DNA from: Oscillospiraceae bacterium
GTDB taxonomy: Bacteria; Bacillota; Clostridia; Oscillospirales; CAG-272
Direction of reading: 5' to 3'
Assembly: GCA_015063625.1 (NCBI GenBank)
Contig: SVTT01000007.1
Span: 12,780-76,779, forward strand
DNA length: 64,000 bases
Below are positions 20,545-30,168 of the stretch, piece after piece; position 1 is the stretch's first letter; each line of letters opens with the position of its first letter. Both the position numbers and the translations under genes were made by a program. Below the pieces are notes generated by a model. It made no database searches. It was not told where the DNA came from and worked only from the letters and a program-made list of their open reading frames with translations.

Positions 20545-20655
20545 GCAACCTGCGAAAGGGCGGAAATCTTGAATATTGGAGATGCAGCGGTTGCGGCAGG
20601 TATTATCGGGATCAAGCCGCTGTCTGCGAAGCAACTCTTGATTCGGTGACCGTTT
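20545..20655 (+). pseudogene. Frameshifted remnant of a Cys/Trp surface-protein repeat
   Basis: ATCER / GNLEYWRCSGCGRYYRD across a 1-nt frameshift at about 20560. Confidence 0.5.
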
Positions 20656-20751
20656 TTGAGCGACAGCTTTGGGGCAAGGACTGTGGCGGTCTGCGAGGCG
20701 ATCGTTCGCTCCTCCGAGAGTGGAAAGCCCGAGCAGGTCGGCTTCTGAAGC

Positions 20752-20792
20752 AAAAAGGCAGGCTACCGCCACAGCGGTAGCCTGCCTTTTTT
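20752..20792. terminator. Bidirectional terminator
   Basis: 18-bp stem flanked by A and T tracts. Confidence 0.8.
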
Positions 20793-20821
20793 GTGCATCG
20801 ACCGAAATGTCGGTGCAGGGA

Positions 20822-21436
20822 TCAGCCCTCAATCTTTTCAAAATCCTCCTTCGGATGCTTGCAAAGGGGGCAGATGAAATCGTCGGGCAGCTCCTCTGCT
20901 TCAACCTCATAGCCGCAGATCCTGCAGCGCCAGACCGTTTTGCCGACAGGCTTTTTCTCGTCGGGCTTCGGCTTGATGTGCGCGTGGTAGTAAGCATAGG
21001 TTACGGAGGGGGCATCCGAGAGGGTGAGAGCATCGGTGACGTCGGCAATGAACAACGTGTGTGTGCCAAGGTCAACCGTGTCATGGACCTTCGCGCAAAT
21101 CACCGCATTGGTGCCATTTGTGATATAGGTAACACCGTTTTGCGCACGCGCGAAGTCGCTGTAATCTGCAAATTTGTCGGTGTCCCTGCCACTCTGAAAT
21201 CCAAAGCGCTCAAACACGTCAAATTTGGCATCCTCCGAGAGGATCGAAACGTTGAATATGCCCGTTTTCAAGATCATATCATGGGTAAAATTTTCCTTGT
21301 TTACCGCAAGCGTGATGCGGTTCGGCGTGGTGGTCACCTGCATTGCCGTATTGGTAATGCAGCCGTTATCCTTGCCGTCCCTCGCGGTTACGACAAAAAG
21401 ACCGTAGGAAAGCTTGTACATTGCCTTGTTATCCAT
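20822..21436 (-). CDS. Flavin reductase-like protein with C-terminal rubredoxin-like domain
   Basis: SYGLFVV, GCITNT, FGFQSG, GTHTLF; WRCRICGY...CPLC. Confidence 0.88.
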   Translation of the reverse strand: MDNKAMYKLSYGLFVVTARDGKDNGCITNTAMQVTTTPNRITLAVNKENFTHDMILKTGIFNVSILSEDAKFDVFERFGFQSGRDTDKFADYSDFARAQNGVTYITNGTNAVICAKVHDTVDLGTHTLFIADVTDALTLSDAPSVTYAYYHAHIKPKPDEKKPVGKTVWRCRICGYEVEAEELPDDFICPLCKHPKEDFEKIEG

Positions 21437-21438
21437 AA

Positions 21439-22185
21439 TTAGCTCCTCATCAATCCGTCAACCGAGAGGACGACACCCGTGATATAGGATGCCTCGTCGG
21501 AGGCGAGAAATACAAATGCGTTTGCAATATCGGCAGGGGTGCCGAGGCGGCGCAGCGGGATGCGTGCGATCATCGGCTCGATCACCGATTTCGGCACTGC
21601 CTTCATCATATCGGTTTCGGTAATGCCGGGTGCCACGGCATTGACGCGGATGCCGCGTGGACCAAGCTCACGCGCGAGCGAGAGAGTAAAGCCGTTCACC
21701 GCAAATTTCGAGGTGGGGTAGGCAACGCCTGCGGGCTGACCCGAAATGCTGACCATGGAGGAGGTGTTGAGGATCACGCCTGCACCGACGGCGCTCATGT
21801 GCTCGCACACCGCCTTGGAGCAGTGATAAATACCCGTTACGTTCAGATCCATTACCTTGGCAAAGATATCCTCGGTGTATTTGTCAAAGGGGGTGCTCTC
21901 GGAGATGCCCGCGTTATTGACAAGGATATCGATTTTACCGTACCTTTGCACAACACCGTCAAAGGCAGCTTTCACCTCATCGTAGCTTGAAAGATCGGGC
22001 CAAATGCCCTCGACCCTTGCCGCAGGATCGGCAGCCTTGAGTGCTGCCACTGCCTTGTCTGCGGTTTCCCTTCTGCTTGCGCACAGTACCACTGTGGCGC
22101 CCTCGCGCAAAAATGCTTCAACGGTGGCAAAGCCAATGCCGCGGCTGCCGCCTGTTACAATGGCTACCTTGTTTTCCAGTCTCAT
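21439..22185 (-). CDS. SDR oxidoreductase, 3alpha-hydroxysteroid dehydrogenase-like
   Basis: TGGSRGIG, NNAG, YPTSK; SSMVS..GQP..YP.SKFAVNG pattern. Confidence 0.8.
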   Translation of the reverse strand: MRLENKVAIVTGGSRGIGFATVEAFLREGATVVLCASRRETADKAVAALKAADPAARVEGIWPDLSSYDEVKAAFDGVVQRYGKIDILVNNAGISESTPFDKYTEDIFAKVMDLNVTGIYHCSKAVCEHMSAVGAGVILNTSSMVSISGQPAGVAYPTSKFAVNGFTLSLARELGPRGIRVNAVAPGITETDMMKAVPKSVIEPMIARIPLRRLGTPADIANAFVFLASDEASYITGVVLSVDGLMRS

Positions 22186-22392
22186 CGTCAATTCTCCTTT
22201 CATAAAACACATTGATGCCTATTACCATTATAAAACATCATTCTGCCAAAATCAAGCGGCATATACCGTTTTTTGCACATAATTTTGTTTAAGATACGGG
22301 CAATGTACAAAAGCCGAGCACGTGATAGCGGGATGTCCTTAACGGACAGATCATACTATCGCATGCTCGGCTTTTGCGTTGTGGGCTCGGCA

Positions 22393-23247
22393 TCAGAGAT
22401 CCGCGAAGGTTTTGATCGCCTTCTTGACGTCCTCCTTCATTGCCTTCATTGCGGCGAACTCCACATCGTGCAGATAGCTGGATCTGCCCGAGGCGATCTC
22501 CGCCTTGGCTGCCTCATAGCCTGCCTTGGACATGTAGGAATAATAGTTGATCTTGCGGATGCCCTCCTTGATGGCGGTCTTGAAGCCCTCCTCGGAAACG
22601 CCGCTGCCACCGTGCATGACAAGGGGCAGACCGGTTGCCAGAGCAACGGTTTTGACCACGTCAAAATCAAGCCTTGGCTGTGCGGTATAAAAGCCGTGTG
22701 CCGTGCCGAAGGCAATGGCAAGGGCGTCCACGCCGGTCTCCTTGCAGAAGGCGTGTGCCTCTGCGGGGTCGGTATAGTAGTCCTCTTCCTTCAGGGGCGC
22801 GGTGCTTCCCTCCTTGCTGCCTGCCTCACCCGTGACGAGTCTGCCAAGCTCTGCCTCCACGCTGACGCCCATGGCGTGTGCCATCTCGGTCACCTGCTTG
22901 GTAAGCTTAAGGTTTTCCTCATAAGGGAGGGCGGAGGCGTCGATCATCACCGAGGTGAAGCCGATGCGGAGCGCGCGGTAGATCATTTCAAGCGATGTGC
23001 CGTGGTCAAGGTGTACGCAAACGGGCACCTTGGCGTTCTTTGCGGCGGCGATCATGGCAGGGCCCACGATCGAGATGTCGTTATAGACGTTATGGACCTC
23101 TGCGTGTGCGATGATCACGGGCTGATTCAATTCTTCAGCCGCGGCGATCACTGCCTGCAGGCTGTCAAAGCCCGTGGCGTTGAACATGCCGATGGCGATC
23201 TTTTCGCGCTCGGCGATCTCAAGGATCTCTTTCAAATTTACTAACAT
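22393..23247 (-). CDS. Class II ketose-bisphosphate aldolase
   Basis: HLDH, VEAELG, GTAHG, HGGSG. Confidence 0.92.
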   Translation of the reverse strand: MLVNLKEILEIAEREKIAIGMFNATGFDSLQAVIAAAEELNQPVIIAHAEVHNVYNDISIVGPAMIAAAKNAKVPVCVHLDHGTSLEMIYRALRIGFTSVMIDASALPYEENLKLTKQVTEMAHAMGVSVEAELGRLVTGEAGSKEGSTAPLKEEDYYTDPAEAHAFCKETGVDALAIAFGTAHGFYTAQPRLDFDVVKTVALATGLPLVMHGGSGVSEEGFKTAIKEGIRKINYYSYMSKAGYEAAKAEIASGRSSYLHDVEFAAMKAMKEDVKKAIKTFADL

Positions 23248-23248
23248 A

Positions 23249-24217
23249 TCAGTTCCTCATCAAATCTTCCTTGCACGTGGGCAAGAATTTTTCTTCGCAA
23301 AGACCGCTTGTGGCATCCGCCTCGGAGAGCGATGCCACTGCTGCTGCCTCGGCAAGTATCAGGATCTCCTCGTCAGTGGCACCGCGTTCAATGGCGATCA
23401 GCGCGCCCGAGCAAAAGGCGTCACCCGCACCGGTTTTACCCTTGACGTAGCCGCGGGGCAGCTCGTAGGATGGGCGGACCGTCAGGCTGCCGTTTCGATT
23501 GCAGCAGATGCCGATCTCGGGCATATGGATAATGACGCGCTCGCGCACACCCATCGAGAGAAGCTTTTGTGCCATCTCCCCAAGATTGTCGGGGGTTGGA
23601 GCTATGCCGCAGAGCTTGCCTGCCTCCAGCTCGTTGATGATCAGATTGTCAACGAAGGTCAGACAGGGAATGACGCAGGTATAGCGATCCGAATTTTCAC
23701 TGACAAGGTCAATGGAGGTGGTCATGCCCCGCTTCTTGGCTTCCTCAAGGATCCTTCTCCCCTCTCCGCCGTCCACCTTCTCCAAAAGAAGGAAGTAGCC
23801 GAGGTGGAGCATTTTTACGGGCAGGCGATCCCACGGTACATCCTCCGCGCCAAAGGAGGCGCAGGCGCCGGGATAGGTGAAGAAGGTGCGCTGTCCCCCC
23901 ACGATGCTCATGACGTCGGTAAAGCTGGTCGACTCGGTGCTGCTGACCGTGACGGTGGATACGTCCACGCCCGCCTCCTCCATTTTGGCAACGGCAAGGC
24001 GACCGAGATCGTCGTCACCCACCTTGCCCACGGCATAGACGGGTAGCCGCGGGGCGATTTTTTTGATGCCGATGCCGTTGTTCGGTACCAGACCCCCGAG
24101 GGCGCGCCGTACCGAACGGATCTGTGTCAGCTCGCCGAGATCGGGGTAAGCCCCGATCTCGTAGATATTGTCGACAAGAAGCGTGCCGACCACTGCAATG
24201 CCTTTTTTCTCAGTCAT
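23249..24217 (-). CDS. PfkB family carbohydrate kinase
   Basis: GKVGDDDLG, NELEA, TGAGDAF. Confidence 0.9.
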   Translation of the reverse strand: MTEKKGIAVVGTLLVDNIYEIGAYPDLGELTQIRSVRRALGGLVPNNGIGIKKIAPRLPVYAVGKVGDDDLGRLAVAKMEEAGVDVSTVTVSSTESTSFTDVMSIVGGQRTFFTYPGACASFGAEDVPWDRLPVKMLHLGYFLLLEKVDGGEGRRILEEAKKRGMTTSIDLVSENSDRYTCVIPCLTFVDNLIINELEAGKLCGIAPTPDNLGEMAQKLLSMGVRERVIIHMPEIGICCNRNGSLTVRPSYELPRGYVKGKTGAGDAFCSGALIAIERGATDEEILILAEAAAVASLSEADATSGLCEEKFLPTCKEDLMRN

Positions 24218-24218
24218 A

Positions 24219-25166
24219 TCAGTTACACTCGGCAACCAGAGGACCTGCCAGCTCGTTCATGAAGAAGAGCTTGCCCGCCAGCGTGGGAATGTAGGAGGAG
24301 GTGATCCAGGGGGTCTTGCCGTAGCGCAGGGTCATCCAGAGGGACATGCCCTGCCACTGCATGCCGCGACCGAGGATGCCGTCAGCACCGCCGATGGCGT
24401 AGTCAGCCTGCAAAAACAGGCCGGGGCCGATGGTGTTGGCACGGCAGGGAACGAGGGTGGTGCGGGACTTGAAGCTGGTGAGGGCATTTTGCTCGACCGT
24501 CAGAGGATGGATCCTGGCGGCGATGCGGTAGGGTGCCTTCTCCCACTCTGCGGCGCTCTCGTAGTCAGCTGCAAAGGTGGGCTCCCAGAATGCGATATGG
24601 CACATTCTGCCGATGCCGTAGACCAGCACCAGCTTTGCACCCTCTGCCTTCAGAGCGGCGATCTTCTGGGGGTAGGTGGGGAGATTGTCCTTGGTGGCAA
24701 AGTTGCGCTGTGCGGCGGGCACGGTGAGCTCGCCAAGGGGATTGAAGAGGGCATTCTCCATCGCGTACTGGAAAGCACCGGGGTTGTCGGAGGCAAGGGT
24801 GTTGCCCTCGGCATCCGCCCACTCGTCCATATTGAAGGTATAGACGTGCTCGCAGGAGACCTTCCATTCCTTGAGGAAGTAGACGACCCACTTATACATG
24901 CCCATGGGACCGACGGGAAGGATCATGGCAAGCTTCTCGCCGCGCTCCTTTGCCAGCTTGATCTGAAGCGCCATCTCGTGACCCATATAGGTCTCAAACT
25001 CGGTCAGATTCTCACAGCGGACGGGGGTAAAGCCGTCGTTCCAGTGAGCCTGACGCTCGGTGATCTTCTCGGGTGCGTCGATGCACGCATCGATCTTGTC
25101 AAAATCCCAGCCTGCGGGATAAAAGCCCTCAAGTGCAGAGCCTTTTACGGTATCGTTGAATTTCAT
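24219..25166 (-). CDS. NagB/glucosamine-6-phosphate isomerase-like protein (divergent)
   Basis: [24 protein letters not shown] resembling NagB GIG.NGHIAFNEP. Confidence 0.7.
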   Translation of the reverse strand: MKFNDTVKGSALEGFYPAGWDFDKIDACIDAPEKITERQAHWNDGFTPVRCENLTEFETYMGHEMALQIKLAKERGEKLAMILPVGPMGMYKWVVYFLKEWKVSCEHVYTFNMDEWADAEGNTLASDNPGAFQYAMENALFNPLGELTVPAAQRNFATKDNLPTYPQKIAALKAEGAKLVLVYGIGRMCHIAFWEPTFAADYESAAEWEKAPYRIAARIHPLTVEQNALTSFKSRTTLVPCRANTIGPGLFLQADYAIGGADGILGRGMQWQGMSLWMTLRYGKTPWITSSYIPTLAGKLFFMNELAGPLVAECN

Positions 25167-25204
25167 CTTGATGTTCCTCCGTGTATCATATTGATGAGCT
25201 GCGA

Positions 25205-25909
25205 TCAGGGCAGCAGACGCTTAGTGGTACCCTTAAGGTATACCTGACACTGGCGGAAGCCCTCTGCGTAGTCGGCGCCGCACTGATAGCCGCGGTAACG
25301 GCTACAGGTCTTGACCATGTCGGGGAAGTCGATGTGGTCGTGGTCGCGCATCCAAACGATCTGGCTTTCGTGGCAATTGAGCATTCGGAGCTTGAGGTCG
25401 ATCTCCTCGGAGATGTCCACATACTCGGTGGGGACAAAGTTGACGCCCGCAAGGGTGTCCATGTAGTAGATGGGAACGAGCTTGGCAGCGTTCTTTTCCT
25501 TGCTTGCGTAGTTGGGCAGGGTGGCTGCAAAGCTGGCGTCGAACACAAGGCGGGATACCGCGGTGTGGTCGGGCATGTAGTCGTCGGGATTGTGGGTGAT
25601 GATGAAGTCGGGGTTTGCGTACTTGATCACGTCCACGATACGGTCGCGTGCTTCCTTGTTGTTGTCGAAAATGTCAAGATCGCTGAAGTCGGCACAGATG
25701 ACCTCAATGCCCGCAAGAGAGCCTGCCTTTTTCGCCTCGCCCTTTCGCATGACTGCCAGCTCGTCGGGCGGAATGATGACATGACCGAGGTTGCCGTTTG
25801 AAACGTGGCAGACGATGACTCTGTCACCTCTCTTGACGCATTTTGCCAGAGTGCCCGCGCAGGCGATCTCAATATCGTCGGGATGGGCACCGATTGCCAA
25901 TACATTCAT
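25205..25909 (-). CDS. PIG-L/LmbE family N-deacetylase
   Basis: AHPDDIE and PDH Zn-binding motifs. Confidence 0.9.
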   Translation of the reverse strand: MNVLAIGAHPDDIEIACAGTLAKCVKRGDRVIVCHVSNGNLGHVIIPPDELAVMRKGEAKKAGSLAGIEVICADFSDLDIFDNNKEARDRIVDVIKYANPDFIITHNPDDYMPDHTAVSRLVFDASFAATLPNYASKEKNAAKLVPIYYMDTLAGVNFVPTEYVDISEEIDLKLRMLNCHESQIVWMRDHDHIDFPDMVKTCSRYRGYQCGADYAEGFRQCQVYLKGTTKRLLP

Positions 25910-26053
25910 GATAGTTCCTCCTTGCTTTTTTGATCGGAATATGCTACAACTTCATTTTAACTTCAACGCACGCATTACGCAATGGGCTTCAGTCGTGAAA
26001 AAGAGTAAAAAAATCTACTTGATTTTTTTCCGCTCTTATGTTATCCTTTAGGT

Positions 26054-26935
26054 ATGAGCGCGAAACGGTATTTCAGACATAAGCTGCAAAACCTCATTGT
26101 GGTCAGCAAGGTCGTCACCATTCACTACTTTGAATTTGATAAAAATTTCCGTGTGGAGGGGGAGGCACACGATTTCTGGGAGCTGGTGTATGCCGACAAG
26201 GAGAGCATCATTTGCACGGCAGACGGGAAAGAGATCGAGCTTGCCGAGGGAGAGGTGCTGTTCCATAAGCCCAATGAGTTTCACACGCTTGCCGCCAACG
26301 GCAAAAGGGCACCGAACGTCTTTATCATTTCCTTTGAATGCAAATCCGAGGCGATGCGCTTTTTCGAAAATCGAAGGCTGCGCCCCGAAAAGTCGTTTGT
26401 CGGGTTTATTTACAGCATTCTTGAGGAGTCAAAGAAGACCTTCGATATTCCGTATTCCACCCCCGAGCTGAAGAAGCTCAAGCTGCTTGCCTCGCCCACG
26501 CTGGGGGGAGAGCAGCTGATCAAAAATTATCTGGAGCTCTTCCTCATCAACCTGATGAGATCGCTGACCGAGACCGAACGGGGCAATGAGATCTTCTTGG
26601 CAAAGGAGGAGCTTGACAGCAAGCCCGTGAAGGACGTGCTGCGTATTCTCCGCGAGCACGTGGAGGGCGAGCTTTCGGTCGATGAGGTCTGTGCCGCCGT
26701 CGGGTATAGCCGCGCTTACGTTTTTAAGGAATTCAAGGCGTACTACATGGCGCTCAAGATCGAGCGCGCCAAGCAGTATTTACGGGAAGGAGAGCTGAGC
26801 GTCAAGCAGATCGCACTGCGTCTTTGCTTTGCCGATCCCAACTATTTTTCAAAGACCTTTAAGCGCCACACGGGCTTCTCTCCGGGTGTATATCAGAAGC
26901 GTTCCTTCGCGCACGGCGTGCGAAAAAAACAGTAA
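26054..26935 (+). CDS. AraC family regulator (cupin plus HTH), with an apparent short in-frame deletion
   Basis: HDFWELVY cupin; FADPNYFSKTFKRHTG second HTH. Confidence 0.88.
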   Translation: MSAKRYFRHKLQNLIVVSKVVTIHYFEFDKNFRVEGEAHDFWELVYADKESIICTADGKEIELAEGEVLFHKPNEFHTLAANGKRAPNVFIISFECKSEAMRFFENRRLRPEKSFVGFIYSILEESKKTFDIPYSTPELKKLKLLASPTLGGEQLIKNYLELFLINLMRSLTETERGNEIFLAKEELDSKPVKDVLRILREHVEGELSVDEVCAAVGYSRAYVFKEFKAYYMALKIERAKQYLREGELSVKQIALRLCFADPNYFSKTFKRHTGFSPGVYQKRSFAHGVRKKQ

Positions 26936-26963
26936 CAATATCCGAAAAAGGAGAATGAGTGAT

Positions 26964-27929
26964 ATGAAATTGACATTTGATCAGATCAAGAGCGTGACCG
27001 TCGGTGCTCTTTCGGTAAAAAGCACCGATAAGGGTATCGAATTTGACCGCTTTACCCCTTTGCAGGTCGCCGCATGGTATGCGCTTGAGCACGTGCTTGG
27101 CGAGCGCGCCGAAGCCACCACAGGCGTGCGTCTTGATTTTTATACCGATGCCAAGGAGCTCCGCCTTTCCTTTACATCCGGCAATAAGATCGAGGTGCTG
27201 GTGGATGGGCTCTTCCGTGAGCAGTTTTTGATGGAGGAGAAGAGAAAAGAGGGCGAACGCGCCGTGTTTGCGATCACCGATCTTTTGGGCAAGCCCCTTG
27301 AGAGAGCGCGTGTTACCGTAGTGCTTTCCTCCCATGACCGTGCCGTTCTGGATGCGCTTGAGCTGGTGGATGCCACCTATATCGAGCCTGTCAAGCATGA
27401 AAAAAAGATCCTCTTCATCGGCGACTCGATCACCCAGGGCTGGGCATCGCAGTATGATTCGCTTTCCTACGCGTGGCGCTTGACCAATTTCTTTGATGCC
27501 GACAGCATCATTCAGGGTGTGGGCGGAGGCTTTTACCACCGCAGCTTTCTTGATGATATCGATTTCGATCCCGAGATCGTCTTCCTCGCTTACGGCACCA
27601 ATGATTTCGGGCATTACCCCACCAAGGACGCCATGCGTGCCGAGGTGCGAGCCTTCCATGACGGTATTGCCGAGCGCTACGGCGACAAAAAGGTGTTCGT
27701 CATCTCTCCCATCTGGCGCGGACGGCAGGAGAAGCCGATGGGCAGCTTTGCCGAGTGCCGTGAGATCGTGATCGACGAGGCAAGGCGTCACGGCTTTGTC
27801 CACGTTGACGGACTCTCGCTGGTTCCCGCAGGCCCCTCCTTCTTCTTTGACCGCGACCTGCATCCCGACGATCTCGGCTTTGCCTTCTACGCCGAGCGTC
27901 TGCTGAAGGAGATCCTCCCCCAGCTTTGA
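26964..27929 (+). CDS. SGNH/GDSL hydrolase (acetylesterase-like)
   Basis: GDSITQG, GTND, DLHP blocks. Confidence 0.88.
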   Translation: MKLTFDQIKSVTVGALSVKSTDKGIEFDRFTPLQVAAWYALEHVLGERAEATTGVRLDFYTDAKELRLSFTSGNKIEVLVDGLFREQFLMEEKRKEGERAVFAITDLLGKPLERARVTVVLSSHDRAVLDALELVDATYIEPVKHEKKILFIGDSITQGWASQYDSLSYAWRLTNFFDADSIIQGVGGGFYHRSFLDDIDFDPEIVFLAYGTNDFGHYPTKDAMRAEVRAFHDGIAERYGDKKVFVISPIWRGRQEKPMGSFAECREIVIDEARRHGFVHVDGLSLVPAGPSFFFDRDLHPDDLGFAFYAERLLKEILPQL

Positions 27930-28302
27930 GGAGAGCTTGAGCAAAAAAGAAAAACGATGCGTGAAAAAAGCGTCTTATGCCAAGATCGGCGTAAGACGCT
28001 TTTCGCTCATTTCTTTTTTCAAACTTGATTATCGCAGGTAGTTGCTCTTTTCGGTCATCTTGATTTGAACCGATATCGAACACTTGGTGAACGGCTCATC
28101 CGCCAAAGCTTTATGCCGAAATATATCGGTCGTAACGTCGAGCTTGATATATGTCGCTATGGTCGTAAAGCAGGCAGAGAGCGCTATGGGCAAGGCGCCC
28201 CCTTTGCTTGCTATGCAGAACGAGAGAAAGGCGGTGCGTACGCACCGCCTTGAAATATGCGGAATTTCGCAAGGCGTGCAACGTTGCCCTGCTCGCTTGA
28301 GG

Positions 28303-29064
28303 TCAGCGACCGCCGCGGCGACCGCCGCTTCTGCCACCGCCACTGCCGCCGCTTCTGCCGCCGGAGGAATTGCTTTGTACGCGCACACGTGTCACGTAGC
28401 TGCCCACGAAACGGTCCTCGCGCGCTGTGAGGCTCAGTCTGGCGTAGCGCTCCAGCGGATAGCTCTCGCCCCGTGCCCTTCTGCGGTAGGAAACGAGAAC
28501 GCAAACGATCGCGATCACTGCTGCGATCACACCCACGACCGCGCCCGTGATCACGGCGACCAGGGGCCTTGATCGCTGGTATTCGTAGGCGGCTTGATCA
28601 GCCAAGATCAGAAAGGCACGCGCACCCTCGTAGAGCCTGCCGTTCTTGATGGCGGAAAAAACGCTCAGATCGTCCAAAATGCGATCCACGTCGGCGTCCG
28701 AAAGCATTTTTTCGGCATCGTTGTAGGTATAAAGGTCATAGTAATAGGTGCTCTTACCCCCCGATCTGACCTCGCGGATCACAAGACCCACAGCGGCGGC
28801 GTATGGCTCGATACCGCAGATGTCAAAGACGTAGGAATCGGAGGGGTAGTCACCGGAGGAGTCGGCGGGATAGGTCATCACGAAGTAGTGAATATCCCTT
28901 GCCTGCAGCTGCTCACCGAGGATCATGAGAGCAAGTCCCTCGTCATCCGAGAAAAGCTGTGCCTGCTCGGTTACCGTTACCCTGCTGCTTTCAGCGGCAA
29001 AAACGGGGAGAGCCGCCGAGGAAAGGAGCAATAGCGCGAGAAGGAGTGTGATGATTTTTTTCAT
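28303..29064 (-). CDS. TPM-domain membrane protein (YdjH-like)
   Basis: Signal peptide, TM helix, Gly/Ser-rich tail SSGGRSGGSGGGR. Confidence 0.75.
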   Translation of the reverse strand: MKKIITLLLALLLLSSAALPVFAAESSRVTVTEQAQLFSDDEGLALMILGEQLQARDIHYFVMTYPADSSGDYPSDSYVFDICGIEPYAAAVGLVIREVRSGGKSTYYYDLYTYNDAEKMLSDADVDRILDDLSVFSAIKNGRLYEGARAFLILADQAAYEYQRSRPLVAVITGAVVGVIAAVIAIVCVLVSYRRRARGESYPLERYARLSLTAREDRFVGSYVTRVRVQSNSSGGRSGGSGGGRSGGRRGGR

Positions 29065-29077
29065 ACCGTCACCCCCC

Positions 29078-30166
29078 TTAAAGCAGGAAGAAGCGTACGA
29101 GTGCCGCCAGCACGCCCGCCACAGCACCGGTGATCGCACCGAGCAGGGAAAGGCGCTTTGCGCAAACGGGAAGCTCGCCATAGACCTTGCCCGTGTAGCC
29201 GTTCATGGCATAGGTATAGGTCTTGCCCTTGTGGTGGTAATTGAGAAGCCAGATGGGCATGAGGGTATATTCCCAGTGCAGACTGCGCGTCAGCATCCTG
29301 GGCTCCTGCGGCGTCACGGTGGCATAGCCGTCAATGGTATTCCGAAGCAGGGTGGTGGCATATCGGGTCATGCGCGCGCGTACGGCATCACGGACCTCTG
29401 CTTGCTCGATGTCGCGCTTTTTGGCAACGAAGCCCGACAGATATGCCATCGAAAAGTCCTGCAAGGAGTCGGACGGATAGGGAAGAATGCCGTCAAGCAT
29501 CGTACGGTCCTCCTCGCGGAGAGCAGGTGTTACGATGTCCTCAAAATGGATCTCACCCTCTCTGCGTACGTGGAAGTTGGAGGTTTCGGTATAACGGTAA
29601 TCTCCCTGGCGCCACGTCCGAACACGCGTAGCACGCGCCACCATGGCGGCGGAGGTGTCGGCATCGGTGACCCAGAAGGGGTAGTAGATGCCCGCAATAT
29701 GCTCCAGCTGCTTTTTGGAAAGGAAGGAACGGGGCACAAATTTTTTCTTGCCCGCAAATTCGAGGAAGCGCTTTTGCGCGGCTTCCTTGTCAAAGCGGAA
29801 GGGAATGATCTTGTGCGGCTTCATCTGCCCCGAAAGCCGTCCCGCAAGGATGACGGGGTTGTGGCAATAGGGGCACTCGGTGGCGGCGGTGGTGTCGTCT
29901 GCCACAACGTCCGCACCGCAGGCGGCGCAGTGATAAGTGCCCAGCTGCTCGCAGAACTCCTCGTCGGGGATCCCGCTCTCGTCGGCGGCGCGCTCCGCCG
30001 CCTCGGACGCCGCATCCTCCGCCGCACGGGCGGTTTCCGTGGCGGAAAGCTCCTGCTCGGTGAACTCCGAAAGGCAATATTCACAGCAGAATTTTTGCTT
30101 ATCTGGCGAAAAGGAAAGCCCTGCCGAGCAGTTTGGGCAATGGTATGTAACCGCAGTATTCGTCAT
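29078..30166 (-). CDS. Double Zn-ribbon membrane protein (YdjG-like)
   Basis: CPNC..CEYC and CAAC..CPYC; PIW; C-terminal TM helix. Confidence 0.75.
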   Translation of the reverse strand: MTNTAVTYHCPNCSAGLSFSPDKQKFCCEYCLSEFTEQELSATETARAAEDAASEAAERAADESGIPDEEFCEQLGTYHCAACGADVVADDTTAATECPYCHNPVILAGRLSGQMKPHKIIPFRFDKEAAQKRFLEFAGKKKFVPRSFLSKKQLEHIAGIYYPFWVTDADTSAAMVARATRVRTWRQGDYRYTETSNFHVRREGEIHFEDIVTPALREEDRTMLDGILPYPSDSLQDFSMAYLSGFVAKKRDIEQAEVRDAVRARMTRYATTLLRNTIDGYATVTPQEPRMLTRSLHWEYTLMPIWLLNYHHKGKTYTYAMNGYTGKVYGELPVCAKRLSLLGAITGAVAGVLAALVRFFLL

Positions 30167-30168
30167 AG

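Noticed and set aside
22310-22374. Long interrupted hairpin as an ncRNA
   Set aside because: It lies directly after the aldolase stop and is adequately explained as that operon's terminator
27930-28302. Small ORF 28065-28253 or a gene remnant between convergent genes
   Set aside because: No RBS and no recognisable motif; the region holds terminator-like hairpins at about 27965-28003 and 28227-28251
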